From Octopus vulgaris (lineage: Eukaryota), in assembly GCA_951406725.2 (NCBI GenBank), contig OX597815.1, positions 186,310,001 through 186,374,000 on the forward strand: DNA of 64,000 nucleotides, given 5' to 3'. Numbering within the stretch: the stretch's first letter is position 1; each line of letters opens with the position of its first letter. The notes under the pieces were generated by a model. The model had not been told where the DNA came from. It worked only from the letters and a program-made list of their open reading frames with translations, and made no database searches. The translations under genes and the position numbers were made by a program. This document shows, piece after piece, positions 26,336 to 42,633 of the stretch.

Positions 26336-26729
26336 CTAGCAGTATCGCCCGGCATTGCTCGAGTTTGTTTCGACCTTTTACAATTAGAATTTTTGAAAAG
26401 TAAAATTTTTGCATTATGTAGCTTGTTATTCTCTTTAAGTGAACATTTTTCTCGTTGAAATACACCGAAAAATGGCGACACAGCAGTCAGAAAATCGTAA
26501 AAGATAGGGATTTTCATAGAAAAAAAGCACTTTTTTTTATGTAAATAATTTTTGGTGTTAACATGGTCCGATATGCATTTTCTACGGAAGGAAGAGCAAG
26601 CCTTCTTCTATCATACTCTCAATTTTGGTCAACTTGCGCCGCAGGATCTCGGAGGAGATAGAGTTAGTTGTAGGCTACCAAACCTGCCTTACACAGACAA
26701 CTTCAGCTGTATATATATAGAGAGAGAGA
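26336..26729 (-). mobile_element. Non-autonomous Helitron (same family as 13231)
   Basis: CTAG end, hairpin cccggcattgctcgag, TC start, collinear with 13231-13629. Confidence 0.85.
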
Positions 26730-26733
26730 TTTA

Positions 26734-26961
26734 GGGCGGCGAGCAGGCAGAAACGTTAGCACGCCGGGCGAAATGCTTAGCGGTATTTCGTCTGTCGTTA
26801 CGTTCTGAGTTCAAATTTCGCCGAGGTCGATTTACTTTTCATTCTTTCGGGGTCGATAAATAAAGTACCAGTTTCGCACTGGGGTCGATGTAATCGACTT
26901 AATCCCTTTGTCTGTCCTTGTTTCTCCCCTCTCTGTTTAGCCCCTTGTAGGCTATAAAGAA
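26734..26961 (+). mobile_element. SINE family B with 21-bp TSD
   Basis: atatatagagagagagattta at 26713-26733 and 26962-26982. Confidence 0.93.
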
Positions 26962-27354
26962 ATATATAGAGAGAGAGATTTATGAATAGGTGTACTACAG
27001 TTTGCATTTATATGCAAATGAGCGTAATTCACCGAAGATAATATATCGCTGTTCGGGAAATATTCACTGATACAGAATATTTTGATTTACATAAAGTTCA
27101 AGGTTTATAAAATAAGTAATCTATATTTCGTGGAAAATTTTAAACAGTTTTGTTAATTTTAATTGCTTGCTATCTTTTATCTTTCACATTTTTACATGTT
27201 TCACTCATTTGAGTGCGGCCATGCTGGGGCACGGCTTTGAAGAAATTCAGACGAACGAATCGGGCACATTAGTTATCTTTTTAAAGCCTGACATTATTCT
27301 AACTGGTAACCACATCAATACCGGTTGTCAAGCGACTGGGACACACACACAGAC

Positions 27355-27425
<71 letters not shown>

Positions 27426-27526
27426 GAGTAAACACATAAATGTGAAACAAGGTGGAAAAAAGAGTACTCAAATACCAGTGGTAGAGTAATATGCTTTATT
27501 TTAAGCAGCAGAAAATTCAACAAAAT

Positions 27527-27564
27527 CTGTTACTCTGAGTTTCTCGTTGCCGTTCATCAGACAA
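27527..27564 (-). ncRNA. Minimal hammerhead ribozyme motif
   Basis: Minus strand: ttgt CTGATGA acg-gcaa-cga GAAAC tcaga GTA acag (first stem II pair mismatched). Confidence 0.7.
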
Positions 27565-27575
27565 TTTTTGCTAGA

Positions 27576-28085
27576 ATGGAACCGATATATCAAATCAATC
27601 TAGACTCTTACACACGCTACACCTTTAAAAAGAAATGGACTTGTTTGATTGGCCCTTTAGAAAAAACGGTCAATCTTCGAGCGATAAACAAAAGGTCAAA
27701 AATATATGTATATATATATAAAAAAAGCTTATAAAAAATTATAAAATCCGAGGAAAAAACCTTACATTGAATAAAATACATATTGACGTTAATGAAGAAA
27801 GTATAAATTAATTCATAGGAATTAAACCTGTATAAATTAATTCATAGGAATGAATTAATTTATACTTTCTTCATTAACGTCAATATGTATTTTATTCAAT
27901 GTAAGGTTTTTTCCTCGGATTTTATAATTTTTTATAAGCTTTTTTATATATATATACATATATTTTTGACCTTTTGTTTATCGCTCGAAGATTGACCGTT
28001 TTTTCTAAAGGGCCAATCAAACAAGTCCATTTCTTTTTAAAGGTGTAGCGTTTGTAAGAGTCTAGATTGAATTGATATATCGGTT

Positions 28086-28089
<4 letters not shown>
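27576..28089. repeat. Near-perfect palindrome with ~240-bp arms
   Basis: 27576-27816 vs 27850-28089; spacer holds a short direct duplication; ends in (TA)n. Confidence 0.95.
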
Positions 28090-28141
<52 letters not shown>

Positions 28142-28478
28142 TTATAACGTCGGATTCCCACACGCGTATTTATCGTTATGGTAAAATCTGGCGTGTGATT
28201 GAGTGGATTTCATCCAGATATCTTGGCTGACGAGCTACAAATGGATTTTTGTAAGTAATATTACATTTAATTCATTAATAGCGAAACAATTGTCCCAAAA
28301 TAATCTGTATTTTTGTTATTTTTTATTTGCCCTGTCCGTGTGAGCTAACAGTCGTACTGGCTTTCATGGGAAACATGTATTTTCGTGGTTGAAACCTTTT
28401 GGATTAACTGGTGCTAGAGTGAGCAATATAGTGACCACTCTCTTATATTTATTTTATATATATATATATATATATATA

Positions 28479-29060
28479 CAGCGTGCGATATGTATATCGT
28501 TGACATTTTGTATTTTTAATCTCGCACATGCACATTGCTTGCTATCGAATTTGTCGAAAGCATAGGAGTGTCAGATGGACACCGTCTGTGAGAAAAACAG
28601 GAGCATGAGGTAATTCACTCTGCCAGAAATTTGGAAACTACATCCTGTACTGTTTGGCATTTGCGCCGGAAGCTCCAATACAAACATTTCAGAGTGTTTG
28701 GATGCCAATTTGAGGACACTACAGAGGATTCGGAAAGCGTTGGATGACTCTAATGGCACTTAGAAAGGTACGACAGCTCGGAAAACTCACCTTGGTCATT
28801 CCCGTAGGAAAAGAACTCCATTTTTTTTGGTGAAATCCAAGCCATGATTGACAATGGTCTTTCCAAGTCAATCAGGAAATTGACCAGAAGAGTTGCTGGA
28901 GATTCCGAAGTCGTCCGGAGGCCGTGGCTCTCCAATGGCGATTTTATTGAATAAATTTACTCTTTAGTATTTCAAGTTATTTTCATGTAACCTTGGTAAA
29001 AATATCTGTTAAAATATTATGTCGGAGTCATTTTCCTTTTTGCGTAATTTAGACGACAAT
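28479..29060 (+). mobile_element. IS630-Tc1-mariner relic (family shared with 41889)
   Basis: Homologous to 41889-42633 (ccgtctgtgagaaaaacag; gagattccgaagtcgtc..gaggccgtg; gattttattgaataa). Confidence 0.75.
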
Positions 29061-29349
29061 TAGGGCAGTGGACTCTCGGTCGTAGGATATATATAAATAC
29101 AGATATAGAGATGAATGTATTTGTGTGTGTACCTATTGAGATACCCAAATAAAACAAAGTGCAGATATTCCTCTATGGTAATAAACACACACACATACAG
29201 TCGCATGTGTGGTAAGAAGCTATATTCCCAACCGCATTGTTCAAGAGTTTAGTCCCACTTCGTGGCATCTTTAGCAACTGTCTTCGACTATACCCTCGGG
29301 CCGACCAAGGCCTTGTGTATGGATTTGACGGAATCCGAAAGAAGCCAGT

Positions 29350-29398
<49 letters not shown>

Positions 29399-29737
29399 AC
29401 TAAAACCATTAATGGCGGTGCTCCAGCTTGGTCGTAGTCAAATGACGGAAACAATTAAAAGAATATATACACGACAGACTTCCTTCAGTTTTTGTCTTCG
29501 AAATCCACGCACAAGACTCTAGTCGGCTCGAAACTAGAGCAGAAGACGCTTGCCCATGTGTGACGGGACCCAATGAGACGGAACCCAGAACCTCATGGTT
29601 GGAAATCTAACTTCTTACCATAGAGGAATATCTGCACTTTTTTTTTATATGAGTATCTCAATAGGTACACACACAAATACATTCATCTCTATATCTGTAT
29701 TTATATATATCCTACGACCGCGAGTCCGCTGCCCTAA
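29060..29737. repeat. Inverted repeat (29060-29181 / 29615-29737) enclosing two opposed SINE A fragments
   Basis: Arms are ~120-bp reverse complements and include part of the SINE C tRNA head. Confidence 0.9.
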
Positions 29738-31192
29738 CCACTGGGCCATTGAGTCTCGACATTTATACCATATCAATAAAAGGAAACTAACAACCATGTC
29801 AGTAAGTAAATGTTTGTTCTTGGTTAATTTAGTTTATTCGTTTATTACAGTTGATCCTCTAAATACGACTATTATATTCTGCAATTGAAATCTATAAAAT
29901 ACACCGCCATTATGAGTTACTGAGTTGAATAATGACTTTGGCGATAATCTTTATATTTGTTTATGTGCTTCGACTGACTTTACGACGACAATATAAGTAA
30001 AATATATTTAAGATAGTCCTGAAAGTTAAATAACCGCCATAATTGCTTGTTTCATTTGTTGTGCAGTATTGCTTCGCTTTGTCAAGATTAAGTGATTTAA
30101 AATTACATCAATGCTTAACGTATATGTAGAGACCTACTGCCATGTATCATAGTAAACAGAAATATGTTTAATAGTTGTTAACGTCTAGAAGAGATTGTAT
30201 CAATGTGTGTTCATTTTATATATGTTCGCTGGTAAATACGTAATGAGTAGATAACAGCAGCGTCTAGCTGCTAATACATCAATGACTCCGAACGCTTATA
30301 AGAAAATAAGATAAATCCAAATAACATTTTCTAATTTTCATTGCCATTGTTATTTTATTTTTAATTCTGTTGTGTCTTTTTTAGTGCCTTATAATTTAAC
30401 ACACTCACCGGTAAAAATTCTACTCGTTTACTTATTCATTTTTCTACGCAGCAAATTTCCTCTTTCCCATTTCTCCTATAATGTAAAAGTGGTCTTAATG
30501 AGGTGAAAGAGTACTGCAGGGTTCGCCACCACCCCTGCCTCCTGGTAGTTTCTATACCGTTAAATAAACAACCACAATTGAACAGGATATAGACAATTAA
30601 ACCAATCCGAAAAAACATTTTCCTATACCAATATGATAATAGATTAATGCCATCGTAAGAGTGATAAATTATAAGGCACCAAAAGAGAATGACTCTCCCC
30701 AGACACAACAGAATATGCTTCAATACACGAACTCACATAAAGAATCTTGCAAACCAAATACCAAAACGAAATAAATTATTTCAAACTTGTATTTCCTTCA
30801 TTAGTTCTTGAAAGGATCATTTATGCTAATTTAGGAAGGCTATATTTCAATTGTCTTTTTGGAGTCATTCACCACATAGCATAAAGCACACACACACACA
30901 CATGCACACAAGGGCATACATGTATCAATATTTAAATATATATAACTAGAATCATAACTACAATCACCTCACCATAGACAATCTAACGGTAGTCCACCAT
31001 GCCTGTCCATTAGAAGTAAGAATGATTACCATCGGTAGCAACTCCATTCCTGCCACTGATTTCTCTCTCGAATTCCTCGGGTCCAGCTACGGGCTTTGAT
31101 AACTAGTTCTTTTATTTACAACCTCTTCATTGTGTCATTATCTTATTCGAGAACACTAGAGAAATATTTCTCTCATATTTGCTTTAGCAACA

Positions 31193-31612
31193 GGCGCAGG
31201 AGTGGCTGTGTGGTATGTAGCTTGCTTACGAACCACATGGTTCCGGGTCCATTCCCACTGCGTGGTACCTTGGGCAAGTGTCTTCTACTATAGCCTCGGG
31301 CCGTCCAAAGCCTTGTGAGTGGATTTGGTAGACGGAAACTGAAAGAAGCCCGTCGTATATATGTATACATGTATATATGTATATATGTATATATGTATGT
31401 GTGTGTATATGCTTGCGTGTTTGTGTTTGTCCCCCAACATCGCTTGACAACGGATGCTGGTGTGTTTAGGTCACCGTAACTTAGTGCATCGACAAAAGAG
31501 ACCGATAGAATAAGTACTAGGCTTCCGAAGAATAAGTCCTGGGGTCGATTTGCTCGACTAAAGGCGGTGCACCAGCATGGCCGCAGTCAAATGACTGAAA
31601 CAAGTAAATGTA
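31193..31612 (+). mobile_element. SINE family A, full length
   Basis: Same head, internal microsatellite and tail as 15965 and 38106. Confidence 0.95.
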
Positions 31613-31699
31613 AAGATAAACAGGTTTCTTTCTGTCTATGAATGTGTCCAAACTAGAGGCCAGATATTTCGCTCCATAATAGGGTTTTTGAATAGCACT

Positions 31700-33100
31700 A
31701 ACGTTTTAACTCTCTGCGGTTTTCATGATGTCTCTCAAATATCATATCAGCAATCTACACAAAGCCTTTACACATTCCTTCTGGTTGTTTCCGAGGCAGA
31801 AACCTATATCCATGGTGCATCATTTTCTGAATCCGCATTGAGTTTAGGATAGAAATTCTTTTATGAATTTCTCGTTCAGTCTGTTATGCCATTCTCTTGT
31901 AAGATTCTTCTCAACTATAACTACATTTTTGTTAGACTCTGCAATTATTCCTAACATTTCCCCATTTCTTTTGGTATTCTATCAACACCTATGATACCAG
32001 CATAATCCCACATAGCTGCAGGAATTTTGTATACTTCTAGAACATTCTATCTCAGAGTTGCATGGATGCGTCCAAAGAACCCACTGGACTCGACGGATCT
32101 TGCAGTGACACATTAATGGTACAATAAATAATATTTTCTATGGTTTTTCTCATCAACACGCTTTGGTATATTCGAAATAAGTGGAATTGCGTAGAGAATC
32201 ACGTAGTCTTTTGTTTTCTATTATTTTTTGTATCATATTGTTCTCGTAATTCAAGAGCGTGGTACTTTTCTCCAGAGAAAAATATAGACCTTCCAAGCGT
32301 GTCGTTGAATTCAGCTGTATTTTGCAGCTAAATCGCTGAATTTTCCCGCCTCTCAAAATTCGTCTTGCGGATGTGGTTTCATTTCAGTTTTGGCGTCTCT
32401 GAATTTATAACAACTTGACCGAGGGTCTGGGATCTTTGTTGATGTGGCGTTTCTCTAACAACGGTTTAAGAATTGTGTCCACGCAAGCAAATCTGTTTTT
32501 ATGTTTTCTTTGTGTACCAGGCTGTCATATAAAGCGAGAATCACCACGTCTTCATATTGTATGATTTCTGTTGCCTTGCACGGATTCTAGAGCCTATCCA
32601 CGTCACTCCAGATTACACGTGAGTAATTTCATAGAGGTATAATCTAGTTCTGCTTGGATATTGTGTGAAGGCTGCTTCGACTGAAGTATTTACTAGTTAT
32701 TGAATTTGCACTGGTTTGATTTCTTTGCTGGGGAAAGATGTGTCTCATTATTTAGATTTAACAGCTCTTCAATTTTCCGTTATATAAATAAGCGACAGGG
32801 AGCTAGATAGTTCTTTTCAGCCCTTGAACATCTGGTTTGAAGTAAAACAAAACTGAAGGCTTTAGTCACGTACTTGAATGATAACATTTCAATGAAACAG
32901 AATAGATCTGTTTTACCTGGTTGTACTTTGTATCAGATGCGGCAAACATTAATGATGACTCCTTAGCCGTTCACTAGGATTGGACGCAGCTGTAGCATAA
33001 TATTTAATAATGTAAAAGTAATCTGAAATTCCAGACGGACGTAGAATGTTCTAACAATTATATCAAACGTCCACCACATTCAAGTGATGTGGCTGTCGCC
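31700..33100 (-). pseudogene. Ancient RTE-type LINE relic
   Basis: Minus-strand HNRLNEKFIKEFLS*TQCGFRK*CTMDIGFCL (~31785-31895) matches the RT motif NRL...LPESQCGFR..ST.D.IF; extent uncertain. Confidence 0.55.
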
Positions 33101-33191
33101 TGTCAAGTCGTTTCTTAGTTTGACCTTATTTCTTTTGTCTTTCTTTCTAATAACTAATAGCTATGTCTGGCGTTCATAAACTTTTCGTCTG

Positions 33192-33253
<62 letters not shown>

Positions 33254-33284
33254 GTCACACACACTTTGACAGGTGGTCAGACTC

Positions 33285-33341
<57 letters not shown>

Positions 33342-33359
33342 GTATATATATGTATGTAC

Positions 33360-33398
<39 letters not shown>

Positions 33399-34304
33399 CA
33401 TATATATAAATATATACACAAATACATATACACACACGTGTATATACATATATATATTTATATATACATATATCTCGATAATCCTTGAATAGAATTTATA
33501 AACATTTGATATACACACACTCACGAACACACATACACACACATACACACGCGCGCGCGCACACACACACACACGCGCGCGCACACACACAAATAACTCA
33601 TGCAGGGCGGTGGTATGATTTTGGACAACAAAGACAATATAATATATATATCTACTAAATGTCAAGTAAAAAAAAAATCTTTGTTTTGTCGCAAACATTT
33701 TCATCTCAAGAGAAAATAAAAAAACACTCAGCGACTGATTGTGACCGAGTCGGAAGGGTCAGGAGAGATAACCTGAAGGATTAATCACTTCCTGAATTAA
33801 CAACACATTTATAACAAAATACATTTTTCCTTGTTTGGAAGACAGCTGTTAGTAATGTTTCTGCCTAGAAGGGCGTCACCAGCACACATCATTTATCTGG
33901 CTTACACATACAAATACGTTTGGATATGAATATGCACGTACGTGTCTGTATGTGGAGGGACAGTTTGATGAGAATTGCAGGAGTAAAACCCAATGTAGCG
34001 AAGATAAAGTAGAAATGTTACCTTTCTTGGAATTTGCCATATATTTTCATAGACATTTACTTTGTGGCACATAATATTATTTCATTTTTTTTTCTTCCCC
34101 GATATTAGTCGTCAGTGCTTGAAAACAAGTATACTAATCCGATACCAGAAATCAAATATGTATATTTAATGAAAGACTTATGACTACAAATACGGTCACA
34201 ATTCTGAATGTGACAGAAATTCATTAGATAGCCGTCTAGTATTTTTAATAATGTCCTTTCATTTCATAATAATAATAATGATAATGATAATAATAGTAAT
34301 AATG

Positions 34305-34387
<83 letters not shown>

Positions 34388-34486
34388 TGTTTCAGAAACA
34401 ATTCCTATCATACAAACAGAAACAATTCCTATCATAGTAGGTGCATTAGGCATGATAAGTGAAAGCACGCTATAAAAATAAAACTA

Positions 34487-34490
<4 letters not shown>
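34388..34490 (+). mobile_element. Short rearranged 3' fragment of the Dong family at 34956, in (TAA)n
   Basis: Matches 36421-36465 joined to 36650-36683. Confidence 0.9.
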
Positions 34491-36750
<2,260 letters not shown>

Positions 36751-36763
36751 CAACAATAATAAT

Positions 36764-36798
<35 letters not shown>

Positions 36799-38105
36799 CG
36801 ACGACGACGACGACGACGATGGTGATGATGATGATGATGATGATGGTGGTGGTGATGATGATGAAAGAAATGATCGAAGACATTATTAGTATCATTGAAG
36901 AGAACCTAGATATGGAAACAAATGGATTCAGGAAAATAGATACAAATTGCTCAGTGGGTGGACCCTTAAGTTGACTGAAATAGTCAAATAATATACCCGG
37001 AACTAATAGATTGATTATAACTCCTCATCATCTATATAGGAAATAAAGTAGGCCACGAACCAAACCGTAAATGTGGGAATGAAGATAAAGAACCTTGGTG
37101 GAAAAGAACAATAAAACAATCAACGAAAGAATTACGAAAATATATACACATCTAGGAAAGAAAGGAAAAAAGATTAATCAGTGGGGTGGGGGGTAAATAT
37201 CAGGAACTAGAACGTAGACATGGGATAAAAAAAAGGGGCTAAACGAAGTTCTTAAAGGGCTAAAATAAAGATTGCAGGCTAAAGCGATTAAGGTCAAGAA
37301 ATATGACCAAAGAATTGAATAATATAAAATCAACAGATTCTACAAACAAGACCGGAAAAGGGTTTGTCAACGCTGAATGGAAAGGTCAGCAGCAGTGAGA
37401 GACCTGACGCCGAAGAAAGTAAAAGGCTTTAGAGTAACATCTGATATAATGGAAGACGGCACAATAAGAGATGCTAAATGGTTGAAGGAATTAAGGTCGG
37501 GAAAATAAGAAATGAAACAAAGCAACATTGGAATAGCGATTGAAATGGTAACCGAACAGACAACAAAAATCCCGAGCTGAAGATGCCCAGGATTGGTTGG
37601 GGCACAAGGATATTAGCTGAAAATTTTCTCAGCACTACACAGAAGAATAGATACGCAAATGGATAAAATGATCAACAACAGTGTGCAAATCCTAAAGTGG
37701 CTGACCACAGGTAAAAAAATTATTTACCAAAATGATCCCAGCAAAAGTAATGCAGTGGATAATTACCAGCCTATCACTTGTCTGCCTCTGATGTGGAAGC
37801 TGATGACAGCAATGATATCTAATTATGTGTATAACGTCCTAGAAATGAATGACAACCTGCTAATGAAACCGAAAGCGTGCAGAAGGAAAAGCCGAGGAAC
37901 CAAAGACCAACTTTCGATAGACAGAATGGTACTGAACGACTGCGAGACAAGACTTACTAATCTGGACATGGCGTGGATCGATTATAAGAAATCGTATGAC
38001 ATGGTCGCCCATTCCTGGATTTTAGAAAGTCTTGAGCTGATACAGGTGTCTGATGGCATATGAAATTTTATTAGAAGATCAATGAAAAACTGGAATACAG
38101 AGTAT

Positions 38106-38529
38106 AAGCGCAGGAGTAGCTGTGTGGTAAGTAGCCTGCTTACCAACCACATGGTTCCGGGTTCACTCCCACTGCGTGGCACCTTGGGCTGGTGTCTTCT
38201 ACTATAGCCTCGGGCCGACCAAAGTCTTTGTGAGTGGATTTGGTAAACGGAAACTGAAAGAAGCCCGTCGTATAAATGTGTGTGTGTGTGTGTATGTGTG
38301 TGTGTGTGTGTGTGTGTGCGTGTGTGTTTGTGTGTCTGTGTTTGTTCCCCCAACATCGCTTGACAACCGATCGTGGTGCTTTTACGTCCCCGTAGCTTAG
38401 CGGTTCGACAAACGTGACAGGTAGAATAAGTACTAGGCTTCCAAAGAATAAGTCCTGGGGTCGATTTCCTCGGCTAAAGGCGGTGCTCCAGCATAGCCGC
38501 AGTCAAATGACTGAAACAAGTAAAAGAGT
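38106..38529 (+). mobile_element. SINE family A inserted in the Dong RT
   Basis: Full copy; agagt on both sides and removal restores WNTELTSCG. Confidence 0.95.
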
Positions 38530-39678
38530 TAACTTCATGTGGAAAATTTTTGGCGACGGTTAACATCAAGATTAGCATATTTAGAGTAACAGTATGTGAT
38601 TTGTATGATAACGCTCACACTGATACTACGGAAAGCGACATCGGGGTACACCTTGAAAAATGGAGGAAAATTAAACTATCTCTTATATATGTGTGATTTA
38701 AAGCTTTTTGGAAAGACCGAACGTGAAATAAATGGCCTAGTTTCAACAGTGCACATATTCAGTAAGGATATCGGAATGGAATTTGAGACTAAAAGTGTCT
38801 TATGCTTATAATACAAAAATGCAAAGTCTAATGGTGTAGAGCTACCCAGCGGCGAGAAAATCAAGGATATTGAGACTCATGGATAAAAATAGCTGATAAT
38901 TTTAGAATACGACAAAATCAAGGAAAGTGAAATGAAGGAAAGCTTTAGGCGAGAATATCTCAGAAGAACAAAACTAATTATGGGAAGTAGGCTCAATGGA
39001 AAAAACAAAATCAGGGCAATGAACACATGGGCTGTTTCCTTAATGCGATACAGCGCAGGTGTTGTTAGGTGGACAAAGAATGTGCTTGAGGAAATGGACA
39101 GGAAAACTAGAAAAGTGATGACAATTAACAAGGAACTTCACCCCAGAAATGATACTTGCAGACTGTATGTGCCTAGAAACAGGAGAGGAAGAGGTCTCAT
39201 AGAATGCAAGATCTGTGTTATCAACGAGAAGAACGGTCTGGTATGGTACATCAAACAGTAGGGTGAATCCAAGCTTGCCGCTGTTAGAATTAACAATACA
39301 ATACCTACCGAAAATGTGGTACACCTACAAAAATTTAAGAAACAAGATGAAGGTGAAAGAGTAAAAAAATGGGAAATGAAACTACTACATGCGCAATACT
39401 TCAGAAGAAAAGACAAGGTCAATACTAGGAATTGGCTAAGAAAAAGTGACCTGAAAGGAAGCACTGAGACATTGATGTGCAGCGCCCAGTAACAAGCTCT
39501 GAGGATTAATTACTAAGTTCCAAATAGATAAGAGTAGCGAATAGCCCCTTTGTAGGATGTGTGGGAGCAGAAAAAATACAATCTCACATATTGCGAGTGA
39601 GTGTAGGAAGCAGTCCCCAAAGCACTGAAAAAGGAGGCACGATAACGTGGATAAGAACGTCCACTGGTGGAGTTATAT

Positions 39679-39911
39679 AAGGCGGCGAGCTGGCAGAAAC
39701 GTTAACAAGCCGGTCGAAATGCGTAGCCGTATTTTATCTGCCGCTACGTTCTGAGTTCAAATTCCGCCCAGGTCGACTTTGCTTTGCATCCTTTCGGGGT
39801 CGATTAAATAAGTACCAGTTACGCGCTGGGGTCGATGTAATCAGCTTAATCCGTTTGTCTGTCGTTGTTTGTCCCCTCTGTGTTTAGCCTCTTGTGGGTA
39901 GTAAAGAAATA
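39679..39911 (+). mobile_element. SINE family B with 13-bp TSD
   Basis: ggtggagttatat at 39666-39678 and 39912-39924. Confidence 0.95.
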
Positions 39912-40517
39912 GGTGGAGTTATATGGAAAGTACGGCCTGAACAGAGCACGGAAATGGTACGGACATGAAGCAGAAGGAGTCACCGAGAACAAGGAACATA
40001 AGATACTGTGGGATTTTACAATCCAATGTGACCCCCTAATCGAGACCAAATACATTTGTGGTAGATAAATGGAAAAAGGAAACGAACATCATAGATATTT
40101 CAACACCTGGAGATGCATGTATAAGTGACAAAGAACTAGAGAACATTGAAAAGTAAAGACTGCTAAAAGACGAAATTGCAAGAATTTGGATTATGAGGTG
40201 TGTGTCTGTCATTCCAGTAGTTGTAGGGACACTCGGAGCACCAACAACCAAGTTCGAGAAATATTTCAAAGAAATCAGAATTGACATGAGAGCAGAGCAA
40301 ACCCAAAATACTGCTCTGCTAGGGAGAGCTAGAATTTTGAGACTGGTACTGTTGTTAATGATTAACAACCAAGCATCAAAGCATATAATGTGCGGATAGA
40401 AACCCTGTGAGACCTTTGACAACAGGCTGATGTCCGCTGTCACAGAATCTACCAGAATAAACAAGACCGAACGTTCTGAGAAGTAAAGACAATAACAACG
40501 ATGATGATGATGATAAC

Positions 40518-40575
<58 letters not shown>

Positions 40576-40983
40576 GCAACAACAACACAGACGAAAATGA
40601 AATAGAGAGATACCTTTATGAAGGACACGCATGAATCTGAAATTAACAACGTTTTTTCGCATTCAAAGGAGACTATAGGATATAATAGATATTATTAACA
40701 AACATAAATATTGAAAATGGTTTACAAAATTTGTTTTCTATTATCTAATTCAGACACCATCTTTCATATCAGCGTACAACAGAAAATCTCATAAATAATG
40801 TTGGAAAGTTTTCGCTGGAAAGGCTGCTTTATCGTTGTAGCTGTATATAACATTTGAATAATTGATCCCACTTGACATTTAGATTTGACATTTATATGAA
40901 TGTATACGTGTGAAGTGATGTGTCTTACACAAACAATCATGTAAACAAGAAGGATAAAAGAAAGTACTCAATAGAAGATATAT

Positions 40984-41039
<56 letters not shown>

Positions 41040-41571
41040 TTTCTGTTATATTTGTTGGGAGCTGAAAATATCATTAACCGTTACTCCAAATTTTACGATT
41101 ACGATTTTCTGTGATTACAGAAATGTCCGACGGGGTTGGTATATATAACCTTACAAAGGAAAAAATATATGAAGTTGGATAAAAGAGATGCACAAAACAC
41201 GAAAAAGAAATTGTTAGGGAAAATACGAAAATATTTGTTTTTAAATATTGCAAAATACACAGGATATTTGGGATTATGCATCAAGGATTATGAATGGATG
41301 GGTGAATATAAGAAGCGAGGGTTTTAAAGGTGTGTAAATATATACACTAATCATGATGTTTAATGAATGGATCTTATATAGAAAACTATAGTAAAAAACA
41401 GTTTTATGACAAAAGTATATCAATGAAAAAGAAATGTAATGTTGAGATTATATGAGCAAATTAAAACATACATATATTTGAATACATGCACGTATATGTG
41501 TGTGTGTATGTGGGAGGGACATGTTTGTATAAATAAGTGAATATATACATATATAAAATTGTGTATACGCC

Positions 41572-41701
41572 TTTACAAGGGGGAGACAAGCACCCCACCC
41601 AGCTAAGCCTGCATTCAGAGACTAGTTTCTGAGTAAAGACTCAGAAACTAGTCTCTGGGTGCAGACGTAGCTGGGTAGAGGTGCTTGTCTCCCCTTGTAA
41701 A
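41572..41701. repeat. 130-bp near-perfect hairpin with 4-nt loop
   Basis: tttacaagggggagacaagcacc...tctgagt aaag actcaga...ggtgcttgtctccccttgtaaa. Confidence 0.95.
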
Positions 41702-41888
41702 CATTAGGACACAAGAAATGTGTCAAGGCCGACAGGAAGCGTTGATTCTTCCTTGGGCTAAATAGCAGTGGTGTGATTCCCTTCATGGGACTGTCACATT
41801 GAGTTGACAGCATACAACTATTCTATCGTACGACTACAGCTGATATCTCTCTGAGATATTTAGAAATGTAATATATATATATAATATA

Positions 41889-42633
41889 CAGACTGCGATG
41901 GGTAAATTATCACCATTTTGCTTTTTAATTCGAGCACGTGCAGTGTTTGTTTTTGGTTTTGTCGTCTACAGAATAATGTAGGGTCAGTTGGGCGCCGTCT
42001 GTGAGAAAAACAGTTCCATGACACAATTTCCTCTGACAGAAATTTGGAAACAACATGCTGTACTGCTTGACATTGTATCGAAAGCTCCAATACGAAGATT
42101 ATAGAGTGTTTGGGTGTCAATCTGGGGCAGTGCAATCTGAGGACATGTACCGAGAGTGATAAAAATTAAACATGCATTGAACATCATGGTGTTTGAAGTG
42201 ATCACTAGTGATGGTGATGTTATGCCTCCATTCATCTTTCCACATGGCCTCCGACTAAACAAGGAGGGGGCGGTGTTGTCCTGAGTGAAGTGCGTGACTG
42301 CTGGAAGACCCTATATTTGGTAACAGGATTCCGCATCGTGCCATAGAAGCAGGAGACCAACAAAACTCATTGTAACACCAAAGATGAACTGAAGGCAATG
42401 ATTATGGCCGCATTCATCAACTTAAACAAGGAGTCCGTCTACAAACGTTGCAGGAGATTCCGAAGTCGTCTAGAGGCCGTGATTGAATCCAATGACGATT
42501 TTATTGAATAAACTTACTCTCTAGTACTTCAAGATATTTTTGTGTGATTTGGGTAAATATATTAGTCAAAATACGATGTCAGTATTATTTTCATTTCTGC
42601 GTCATTTAAACGACAATTTATTCACCGCACGTT
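41889..42633 (+). mobile_element. IS630-Tc1-mariner transposon, internally deleted
   Basis: IMVFEVITSDGDVMPPFIFPHGLRLN and PYIW*QDSASCH peptides; degenerate TIRs with TA flanks. Confidence 0.8.

Larger units (their letters stand above)
36862..40495 (+). mobile_element. Older, longer R4/Dong-clade element interrupted by two SINEs
   Basis: NYQPITCLPLMWK, TKDQL, AWIDYKKSYD, LLYMCDLKLFG, GRGL, CRMC, WDFTIQCD, PVVVGTLG, LLGRARILR; many stops; followed by (TAA)n. Confidence 0.9.
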
